From an uncultured Candidatus Entotheonella sp. (GTDB taxonomy: Bacteria; Tectomicrobia; Entotheonellia; Entotheonellales; Entotheonellaceae), in NCBI GenBank assembly GCA_965217185.1, contig OZ244252.1, positions 864,001 through 928,000 of the forward strand: a stretch of DNA of 64,000 bases. Reading direction: 5' to 3'. The notes under the pieces were generated by a model. It made no database searches. It was not told the DNA's origin and saw only the letters and a program-made list of their open reading frames with translations. Of this stretch, positions 49,456 to 57,477 are shown piece by piece. The stretch's first letter is position 1, and every line of letters begins with the position of its first letter. A program made the translations under genes and the position numbers.

Positions 49456-49548
49456 CGTCACTCCAGCGGAAGCCGGAATCCAGGTTCTTCGGTAGCCAGG
49501 AACCCGTCCCGTCCTTGGGCAGTGGATTCGGCATACGCCGGAATGACG
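49456..49548. repeat. dRS3/RPE-like palindromic element
   Basis: CGTCACTCCAGCGGAAGCCGGAATCCA...TGGATTCGGCATACGCCGGAATGACG; translates as the typical VTPAEAGIQ / LDSGFRWSD. Confidence 0.75.
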
Positions 49549-49757
49549 ACTTGAAGGCATTGGCTACGCCGTCCTTTTCGATTAGATACAGGAATGTTCT
49601 AGTTCCCTATCGGTGGCGCTGGAGACCGTTTGCTGGCACGATGGAGCGCCTCGGGAAAGAATTGAACAAACATTGCGCGGAGGCAGGGATCGGATTGCCG
49701 GAAAGTGATGCAGACGCGGAAGATACTAATGTGCCTTGTATGGCGTATAACATTGCG

Positions 49758-50891
49758 TTATATGTCATACAATGAGCGAATATCTGAATCCTTTTCTGTA
49801 AGGCTGAGCAGGCCGGGAAAGCCGAGCAACGCTGGCCGGCGTCCATTGGCGGCTCGGATCTCCTGCAGAATCCCTTCCTCCATCAGCGTGCCGAGTAACC
49901 GGTGCGCCGTCCGCTTAGGCACCCCTGCTGCGGTGGTGAAGTCCGAACTGCGCACGACCGGATGGCCGAATAACCACGTCAGGGCATCAACGGTATTTGG
50001 AGAACGGGTGATGACGGAGAAGTGGCGGGTGGTTCGGTCATAGAGATCGAAGATCTCCTGTGCCTTTGCCAAATTGTCTTCGGCCTGCATTCGTAATGCT
50101 TCGAGAAAGTAGCGGCACCAGGTTGTCCAGTCCCCGTCGCGGAAAATCGCCAACAATCCGTCGTAATACAGGTCGCGTCGTTCCTCGAGGCAGGCGCTGA
50201 TATAGAAGACCGGCCGCCGAATCATCCCCTGATGCCACAGAAACAGGGGTACAAGCATGCGCCCAAGGCGTCCGTTGCCTTCTGCAAACGGATGCAACGC
50301 CTCGAATTCCGCGTGCAGAATGGCAAGCTGAATCAGACGATCCGGTACCGTTTCGTGAATATAGCGCTCCCATCTGGCAACGCCGTCCGGCAACTCGTCT
50401 GCGTCGATGGGGACGTAGGCGCCCCTCTCGGACGAGGCACCGGGGCGTCCGACTCGACTGGGGCCACGTCGCAGTTCACCGGGCGCTTGTTCGGTTCGTT
50501 GTGTGCCACTTAGCAGCGTCCGGTGGGCCGCGCGGATGACACCCAGGCAGAGTGGCAACTCCGCCAGCATTTGCTCTGCCCGGTGTAGTGCTAAATGATA
50601 GTTTAGCGTCTGCTCAACGTCGCGGCGCAACGCCGGCGAATCGACTTTCTGCCCGGCCTCGAATTCCAGCACCTCGCCCAGAGTCGCCCGCCCGCCGTCC
50701 ATGCGGGAGGAGATAACGGCTTCCCGGAGGGATAGAAGGGTCAGCAGATTGTCGGGATCTGGAAAGGCGGCAAGCAATCCATCGTAGCGTGCCACAGAAG
50801 CAGCCGTGGGGCCGATGAGCGGGATCAATTGTGCCCAATCCAGGCAGTCTTGAGGCGGAAAAGCCCCTGGCCGATAGTGAACGGGTAGCAT
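49758..50891 (-). CDS. Fic-family protein with C-terminal wHTH
   Basis: HPFAEGNGRLGR Fic motif; N-terminal EAVISSRMDG. Confidence 0.92.
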   Translation of the reverse strand: MLPVHYRPGAFPPQDCLDWAQLIPLIGPTAASVARYDGLLAAFPDPDNLLTLLSLREAVISSRMDGGRATLGEVLEFEAGQKVDSPALRRDVEQTLNYHLALHRAEQMLAELPLCLGVIRAAHRTLLSGTQRTEQAPGELRRGPSRVGRPGASSERGAYVPIDADELPDGVARWERYIHETVPDRLIQLAILHAEFEALHPFAEGNGRLGRMLVPLFLWHQGMIRRPVFYISACLEERRDLYYDGLLAIFRDGDWTTWCRYFLEALRMQAEDNLAKAQEIFDLYDRTTRHFSVITRSPNTVDALTWLFGHPVVRSSDFTTAAGVPKRTAHRLLGTLMEEGILQEIRAANGRRPALLGFPGLLSLTEKDSDIRSLYDI

Positions 50892-50922
50892 CGGGTTTCT
50901 TCTCCGAGGATGGGTTTGGCGG

Positions 50923-53274
50923 CTACACGTCTTCTGTTTTGACCACCGCCTTGCCGTATAGGTCGGCGATGGCGTCCTCAGTATAGCCAACTTCCCGGAG
51001 CATGTCTTGCGTGTGCTGGCCCAGCAGCGGGGTGGGTTTGCCGGGCACGACGGGGGTGTTGCCGAATTGCACGTAATGCCCCGCAACCAGCATGTGGCCA
51101 ACAACAGGGTGATCGTATGCCAAAACCATGCGGTTATCGGTGGCATGTGGGTCATCAAGAAAGACTTCGCTGTCGCCGCCGACAACGGGAGCGCAAGGGA
51201 TGTTTGCGGACCGTAGCCGCTTCACGGCCTCCCTCAGGCACAGGTCAGCGAAACCCTGGGCCAGGGCGTCGGCCGGCGGGGCGGCGCTGGGATGCCCCTC
51301 CCCTCCCCTTGTTAAGCCACTTAGTTTCTCTGGGTTCACCTCGCAACCCAAGGCTTCGCACAGGGCTTGCCGGGCGGCGGGTGCATCCGCGGCAACATAC
51401 AGCCAGCCATCCTTTACTTCATATAGGCGATGAAACGCCGTCAGGCCGTACTGGCCCTTGTCAGCCAGGGGACGCGCGGGTTTGCCCTCGTAGCGCGTGA
51501 ACCACTCGGAAGTCAGCATGATGCCGCCGTTGAGCAGGTTGGTATCGACGCGCTGCACCTGGCCGGTGCGCTCGCGGACGAACAGGGCCAGGATGGTGCC
51601 GTACGCGCCCATCGCACCGGCGGTGTAATCGGTGGGTGCCAGTTGGGCGGGGAAAACGGGCGGGTTTTCGGCACCGCCTTGCGCGCGTGACAGACCCATG
51701 AGGGCTTGCGACAGCGGATCGATGCCGGGCCGGTGGGCGTAGGGGCCCGTGGCGCCGAAACCGGTCACGTGCGTTTCGATCAGGCGCGGGTTCAATTCCC
51801 GCAAGTTGTCCGGCCCCAGGCCCATGCGCGCCGTGGCGCCGGGGCGCAGGTTGGCCAGCATGACGTCCGCAGTCGCCGCCACTTTCTGCGCCACGGTCTT
51901 GCCGTCCGGCTCACGCGTGTTGAGGCAGAGGGAGCGTTTGTTGACGTTGACGTTGAAGAAATACGTACGGCCGAGGGGGCGCGAAATGTCGCCGGCGTGG
52001 GGTTCCACTTTGATGACGTCGGCGCCCAGGTCGGCAAGCAGGCGCCCGGCGATGGGGCCGGCGATCAGATTGGTGATCTCCAATACGCGGACGTCTTTCA
52101 AGGGCAGGTCGAATTCCGTTTCGGACAACGGGGTGGACGATACAGTCGCCGGGGTTGAGGCATCCTCGGGCAGGTCGGATGACGACGCGTCGGGTAGCGT
52201 GCGCGGCCCCTGAATGCGTCCGGGCGTCTGCGAAAGTTGGACGGGCACGCCCATTTGCGCCAGCGAGCCGACCTCGGGGTCAGCCAGCGTCTCGACCATG
52301 CCGTTAGCCTGCACCTGCGGGTCGTTCAAGCCCTCTTCGGTGGTCCGCGCCAGAGCGTATGGCACGTCGGCGTCCTCGAAGCAGTTGGCCCAGTGGGCGT
52401 AAGGCTGCGTCACGACCGCTTCGGCAATGCGTGCCCGCAGGTCGAGGTCCGCCTCCGGGGACACCGGGATTTGCCCGCCGCCGTAGCGCGGGTCGTCGAG
52501 TACGTCAGCAATGCCCATGACCCTCGCCGCGGTTTGGATGAAGCCAAGGTGCACGCAGCCCAGTTGCACCCAGTTGCCGTCGGCGCAGGCGTAAACGCTG
52601 TAGAACGGCCCGCTGCCGGCCGGGTGGGTCTGAAAAGGCCGCGGTTCCAGGTTCTGCGCCACCACTTTCGGCTGATACAGCAGGGATCCCGCCATCAGGG
52701 ACGTTTCCACGGTCCGTCCCCTACCCGTCTTCTCTCTGGCCAGCAAGGCCGCCGCGATGCCAATGACGGCGAAAAGCGCCGCTCCGACGCTGGGCAGCGG
52801 ATGCACCACGTGTACGGGCCCGGGGCGATAACCGGGCATGGTTTCCAGGATGCCCATGCGTGCCATCACGAGTTCGTCGATTGCCGGTTCGTCTTTAAGC
52901 GGGCCGTGCTTGCCGTAGGCGGTGATGGAGCATTGAATCAGCCGGGGATTGAGGGCGGCAAGCCAATCAGGCCGCACCAGAGCTTGCTGGTCGGATGAAG
53001 GCGGGAAGTCTTCGAGCACAACGTCGGCACTGCGGATCAGGCGTTCATAGGCCGCCGCGTGCGGATGTGCCGAGGTGACCTGCGACAAGTCCAACCGGCG
53101 GCATACCTTGCCGCGGTCCCATACCAGATAGCCGCCGCGCCGCATGGCGGGCGCGCCGCTGTCGAGCAGCCGGATGACCCGGGCGCCGTGGTCGCAAAGA
53201 AACATGCCGGCCATGGCCCCTGCCGGACTGTGGCTCAGTTCCAACACCGTGATGCCATCCAACGCGCTCGCCAT
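50923..53274 (-). CDS. Double-domain family III (CaiB/BaiF) CoA-transferase
   Basis: Two CaiB repeats: LDGITVLEL...GARVI and LKDVRVLEI...IAGP...GADVIKVEP; PLLGQHT end. Confidence 0.9.
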   Translation of the reverse strand: MASALDGITVLELSHSPAGAMAGMFLCDHGARVIRLLDSGAPAMRRGGYLVWDRGKVCRRLDLSQVTSAHPHAAAYERLIRSADVVLEDFPPSSDQQALVRPDWLAALNPRLIQCSITAYGKHGPLKDEPAIDELVMARMGILETMPGYRPGPVHVVHPLPSVGAALFAVIGIAAALLAREKTGRGRTVETSLMAGSLLYQPKVVAQNLEPRPFQTHPAGSGPFYSVYACADGNWVQLGCVHLGFIQTAARVMGIADVLDDPRYGGGQIPVSPEADLDLRARIAEAVVTQPYAHWANCFEDADVPYALARTTEEGLNDPQVQANGMVETLADPEVGSLAQMGVPVQLSQTPGRIQGPRTLPDASSSDLPEDASTPATVSSTPLSETEFDLPLKDVRVLEITNLIAGPIAGRLLADLGADVIKVEPHAGDISRPLGRTYFFNVNVNKRSLCLNTREPDGKTVAQKVAATADVMLANLRPGATARMGLGPDNLRELNPRLIETHVTGFGATGPYAHRPGIDPLSQALMGLSRAQGGAENPPVFPAQLAPTDYTAGAMGAYGTILALFVRERTGQVQRVDTNLLNGGIMLTSEWFTRYEGKPARPLADKGQYGLTAFHRLYEVKDGWLYVAADAPAARQALCEALGCEVNPEKLSGLTRGGEGHPSAAPPADALAQGFADLCLREAVKRLRSANIPCAPVVGGDSEVFLDDPHATDNRMVLAYDHPVVGHMLVAGHYVQFGNTPVVPGKPTPLLGQHTQDMLREVGYTEDAIADLYGKAVVKTEDV

Positions 53275-53417
53275 GTGTGTGCTGTCTCCCGCATTGTTCT
53301 TGCGTATTGAGAATTGGTTCGATCCCAAAGAGGCTCATTTTCGACGCTTAGGAATTCGGGTGTCAAGGATTTCCGGCGTGGGGCCTTGGGTCTGCGGAAG
53401 TCCTACGATGGCTTCGT

Positions 53418-53435
53418 GTTATATTTTTCTATAAC
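53418..53435. promoter_or_regulatory. 18-bp pemIK (Kis/Kid-type) operator palindrome
   Basis: GTTATA-TTTTTC-TATAAC, 50 bp upstream of the antitoxin start. Confidence 0.7.
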
Positions 53436-53484
53436 CTGCTTCTACGATTCGTGTACATGACATCTTGTACAGGAGAGCAATCCC

Positions 53485-53742
53485 ATGCGTACAACGACGC
53501 TTCGCAAGGTTGGCGGTTCGGTTATGCTGGCGGTGCCACCGGCTTTTCTCGATCTGCTGCATCTGCGGGCAGGCGCCACGGTCGGCATCGGCGTGGAAGG
53601 GAATCGCCTGGTGGTTGAAGCAAGTCCGCGGCCACGCTATCGCCTGGATGACCTTCTCGACCAATGTGGCACGGCAGGCGAGATAAACGCTGAAGACCGG
53701 GAATGGCTTGATGCCAAGCCGGTCGGCGATGAACTGCTGTAA
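53485..53742 (+). CDS. PemI/MazE (AbrB-fold) antitoxin
   Basis: TTLRKVGGSVMLAVPP...PRYRLDDLLDQC...EWLDAKPVGDELL. Confidence 0.92.
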   Translation: MRTTTLRKVGGSVMLAVPPAFLDLLHLRAGATVGIGVEGNRLVVEASPRPRYRLDDLLDQCGTAGEINAEDREWLDAKPVGDELL

Positions 53743-54074
53743 TGGAGCGCGGCGATATTTTTCTGGTATCCCTGGACCCGACTTCCGGGCATGAACAACA
53801 GGGCCAACGGCCTGTGCTGATTGTGTCGCCGGGGCGCTTCAATCGGCTGACAGGCGCGCCGGTTGTGTTGCCGATTACCCGTCGTGGCGCGTTCGTCCGT
53901 ATGGCTGGTTTTGCCGTGTCGCTTGAGGGGGCGGGAATACGGACAACCGGTATGATTCGGTGCGATCAACCCTGTGCCCTTGATCTTGCCTCACGTCATG
54001 CGCGCCTGCTGGAGCGTGTTCCGGCTGCGCTCATGGAGGAGGTGCTGGCGAGGGTCGTCACACTTTTCGAGTGA
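53742..54074 (+). CDS. PemK/MazF toxin
   Basis: MERGDIFLVSLDPTSGHEQQGQRPVLIVS, LPIT; TAATG coupling with antitoxin. Confidence 0.93.
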   Translation: MERGDIFLVSLDPTSGHEQQGQRPVLIVSPGRFNRLTGAPVVLPITRRGAFVRMAGFAVSLEGAGIRTTGMIRCDQPCALDLASRHARLLERVPAALMEEVLARVVTLFE

Positions 54075-54111
54075 GCAGCCTGTTCCATTCATCAGGCTGT
54101 GGAGGAACAAG

Positions 54112-56520
54112 ATGTCGCAAGGGTTGCTGCCCGGTGTCAGGGTGCTGGAACTTGGTGGGAGGATCAGCACGTCCTATTGCGGCAAGATACTGGCCCTCAT
54201 GGGCGCCGAGGTCATCAAGCTGGAGCCGCCCGCAGGCGATGCAGCGCGGCGTGCCGGGCCGTTTCCGGGTGAGTTGCCGCACGCCGAGAAGAGCGGCCTG
54301 TTTCTGGCGCTGAACCTGAACAAGTACGGCATCACCCTGGACCTGACGCTGGCGAAAGACCGGCAGCGGCTCAGAGACTTGGCGGGTACCGCCACCGTCG
54401 TCATCCAAGACCTTCCGCATGGCAGGCTCGCCGGGTCGGAGCTGGACGACGAGACGCTGAGACAGGACAACCCCGGCCTGATCCTCACCTCCATCTCCCC
54501 TTTCGGCTCTTGGGGTCCCTACGAACATTTCAAGGCATCTGATCTGGTTCTGTTCCACATGAGCGGCCAGGCACCCGGTATGCTGGGGCCGGTGGCGGAC
54601 GGCGACGCGCTGCCGCCGATTCGCGCCGGCGGGCATCAGGCCGAATTCGCGGCCGGTCTGGCCGCGGCCACGGCGACCTTGATGGCCCTGTACCGCCGCC
54701 GGCTGACCGGCGCGGGTTGTCATGTCGAGGTGTCGGCGTTTGAAGCCATGGTCACGCAATTGATCAGCGCCTTGGCCAACTGCGCCTTCGACAAGCCACC
54801 GCCGCCGCGGGTTGTGCCGGACAGCAAGGATTCTGAGGCCACAGCCCCGGTCGTTTCGGTGGGCGGGGTGCTGCCGTGCCGCGACGGTTACGTCGCCATC
54901 TCGCCGCGCGAGGACGCGCAATGGGCGCGCTGGGTCGAACTGATGGGCCGTCCGGCGTGGGCCGAGGAACCGCGTTTCCAAACCCGCGAGGGCCGAGAGC
55001 GGCATTTCCGGCAGCTATGGGAGCTTGTGGGGCAGTGGACCCGATCCCACGCCAAGCACGACGTCGCCCGCTGGGGGCAGGAACGCCGCATCCCCTGCTT
55101 TCCAGTCAATACGGTGCGAGATTTGTTCAACGACGCCCATCTGAAATTCCGCGGATTTTTCAACGACGTCGAACATCCGATTGCCGGACGCCTGACGTAT
55201 CCCGGCGTGCCGTACCGGTTTTCCCATCTGACGCTGCCGTTGACCGCCCGTCCGGCGCCGCGGTTGGGCGAACATAACGAGCGTTTTCTGGGTCAATCCC
55301 CCACCCCGGCGCCTGCCCCAAGCAAAGACCGCGCGGATGAGCCGTCGTCAAACCGGCTGCCGCTGCACGGCGTCAGAGTGGTCGACCTGAGCTGGATCAT
55401 TGCCGGTCCGACCGCGGCACGCTTCCTGGCCATGATGGGCGCCGAGGTCATCAAGGTCGGCAGCGCCAGACGCCCGGACCCGTCGATCCGCGGCGCTCCC
55501 TTTCAGACCTACAATCAATCAAAACGCTCCTGTGCCCTGAACATCGCCACGCCCGCCGGACTGCGCCTCGCCAAGCAATTGATTGGGCTGAGCGACGTGG
55601 TCATCGAGAACTTCGCCGCCGGCGTCATCGAGCGCCTGGGGCTGGGCTACGACGTGCTCCGGGCGATCAAGCCCGACCTCATCATGGTGTCGTCGTCGGG
55701 CACCGGGCACAGCGGTCCGGACAAGGACTACGTGGCCTACGGCAGCCTCCTGCAATACTATACGGGCTGGAATTCCATCTCCGGCTATCCCGATGGCGAA
55801 CCCATCAAGGGCGGGCTGTGGGCCGACCCGTGGGTAGGGTTGGAACTGGCGATGGTAACCGCGGCGGCGCTCCATCACCGCGCCGTGACCGGCGAGGCGC
55901 AGTACGTGGACTATTCGATGGCGGAAGCCCTGACGGCCTGCCTGCCCGAGGCGCTGCTTGATTTCCAGATGAACGCCCGCGAGCGGCGGCCGATGGCCAA
56001 CGCCGATGACGTTTACGTTCCCCACAACGTGTATCGCTGCAAGGGGCCGGACCGCTGGATTGCCATCACCGTGACGCATGACGCGGAATGGCGGGCACTG
56101 TGCGGGGTCATCGAGCGTCCCGACTTGGCCGCGGTGCCGGGCCTTGCCACCGCCGCGGGCCGCAAGACGCATCAGGACGACATCGACGCGGCCGTCACGG
56201 CGTGGACGAAGGGCCAGGACGACTACGGGGCGATGCACCGCTTGCAACAAGCCGGCGTGCCGGCGGGGCCGTCCCTGGAACCGTCGCGGCTCTTCCACGA
56301 TCCGCATCTGCGTCAGGGCGGCTATTTTACCCGCCTGCAGACCCACGACGGCATCTGGCGGGACTTGCCGGGCATCGGCTGGCGCTTCGACGGCGGCCCG
56401 GCGCCTTACTTGGCCGCGGCACCCGTTCTGGGGCAGGACAACGACGCCATTTATCGAGATCTCTTGGGGTTGTCCGAGGCGGAAATCGCCCGGCTGATGG
56501 AAGAACACGTTATCTATTGA
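54112..56520 (+). CDS. Double-domain family III (CaiB/BaiF) CoA-transferase
   Basis: Two repeats: LPGVRVLEL...GAEVIKLEP...APRLGEHN and LHGVRVVDL...IAGP...APVLGQDN; GGAGG SD. Confidence 0.9.
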   Translation: MSQGLLPGVRVLELGGRISTSYCGKILALMGAEVIKLEPPAGDAARRAGPFPGELPHAEKSGLFLALNLNKYGITLDLTLAKDRQRLRDLAGTATVVIQDLPHGRLAGSELDDETLRQDNPGLILTSISPFGSWGPYEHFKASDLVLFHMSGQAPGMLGPVADGDALPPIRAGGHQAEFAAGLAAATATLMALYRRRLTGAGCHVEVSAFEAMVTQLISALANCAFDKPPPPRVVPDSKDSEATAPVVSVGGVLPCRDGYVAISPREDAQWARWVELMGRPAWAEEPRFQTREGRERHFRQLWELVGQWTRSHAKHDVARWGQERRIPCFPVNTVRDLFNDAHLKFRGFFNDVEHPIAGRLTYPGVPYRFSHLTLPLTARPAPRLGEHNERFLGQSPTPAPAPSKDRADEPSSNRLPLHGVRVVDLSWIIAGPTAARFLAMMGAEVIKVGSARRPDPSIRGAPFQTYNQSKRSCALNIATPAGLRLAKQLIGLSDVVIENFAAGVIERLGLGYDVLRAIKPDLIMVSSSGTGHSGPDKDYVAYGSLLQYYTGWNSISGYPDGEPIKGGLWADPWVGLELAMVTAAALHHRAVTGEAQYVDYSMAEALTACLPEALLDFQMNARERRPMANADDVYVPHNVYRCKGPDRWIAITVTHDAEWRALCGVIERPDLAAVPGLATAAGRKTHQDDIDAAVTAWTKGQDDYGAMHRLQQAGVPAGPSLEPSRLFHDPHLRQGGYFTRLQTHDGIWRDLPGIGWRFDGGPAPYLAAAPVLGQDNDAIYRDLLGLSEAEIARLMEEHVIY

Positions 56521-56537
56521 AACGGAGCGGCACCCAC

Positions 56538-57455
56538 ATGACCGTCAATTACGAGAAAAAAGCCCATATCGCAACTATCACCATCAACAACCCCGACAAG
56601 GGCAACATTCTCGACCGCCAGACCTCGGCCGACATCGCCGCGGTTTGGCAGGAGGTGTGGGACGACGACGACGTGCGCGTGGTCATCCTCACCGGCGCCG
56701 GCGAGCGGCACTTCTGCGCCGGCCACAACCTGGCAACGCGGCCCGACATCACGCCGGAGGAGCGCGAGCGGGTGCGTGCCGAGAACATCTTCTGGCCGCC
56801 CTCGGGAACGGTCAACGGTGCCAAGATAGGCGCCGATGGCCGTCTCGGCGACCACTATCCGCAGATCTGGAAACCCGTCATCGGCGCCATCAACGGCTGG
56901 GCGGCTGGTGCCGGTTTCTATCTGATGCTGACCTCCACAGACATCCGCCTCGCCTGCGCCGAGCACGCCAGGTTCAAATTCGCGCTGCTGAGCCAGGGCT
57001 GGGTCGGCAATGGTCCCGGAGCCACTTACCTCACGCGCCAGATTGCCTACGCCGACGCCATGCGCATCCTGCTCACCGATGAGCCGTTCGACGCCCACGA
57101 GGCCCTGCGCATCAACCTGATCAACGAGGTGGTTGCCCACGACCGCCTGATGGAACGGGCCGAGGAAATCGCCCGCCACGTCGCCGCCCTGCCGCCGGTG
57201 GCCGTGCGCATGATGAAGGAATTCGCCATCCGATTCCGCGACATGCCCGTCACCGAGGCGTGGCGCGTCCAGACCCTGATGAACACCCTGCTGACCCAGC
57301 TCACCACCGACGGCGACGAAGGCCGTCAAGCCTTCCTCGAAAAACGCCCGCCCCAATTCACCGGCGGCCTGCGCCAAAAAGGCGAGCCGTTTCCCGACGT
57401 CGATGCCGAGCAACGCGCCCGTCTCGACGAGGTGCGGCGCGAATTGTTGGGGTGA
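56538..57455 (+). CDS. Crotonase-superfamily protein, non-canonical
   Basis: VVILTGAGERHFCAG, KPVIGAINGWAAGAG, EALRINLINEVV, EGRQAFLEKR. Confidence 0.88.
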   Translation: MTVNYEKKAHIATITINNPDKGNILDRQTSADIAAVWQEVWDDDDVRVVILTGAGERHFCAGHNLATRPDITPEERERVRAENIFWPPSGTVNGAKIGADGRLGDHYPQIWKPVIGAINGWAAGAGFYLMLTSTDIRLACAEHARFKFALLSQGWVGNGPGATYLTRQIAYADAMRILLTDEPFDAHEALRINLINEVVAHDRLMERAEEIARHVAALPPVAVRMMKEFAIRFRDMPVTEAWRVQTLMNTLLTQLTTDGDEGRQAFLEKRPPQFTGGLRQKGEPFPDVDAEQRARLDEVRRELLG

Positions 57456-57477
57456 GAGCAGGGAAAGAGGAGATCGC

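Noticed and set aside
49738..49770. Chromosomal dif site
   Set aside because: Spacing is TAA-N7-TTA rather than N6, and there is no XerD arm TTATGTTAAAT
49205..49775. Short ORFs between the LLM gene and Fic
   Set aside because: No recognisable family; partly translations of the palindromic repeat
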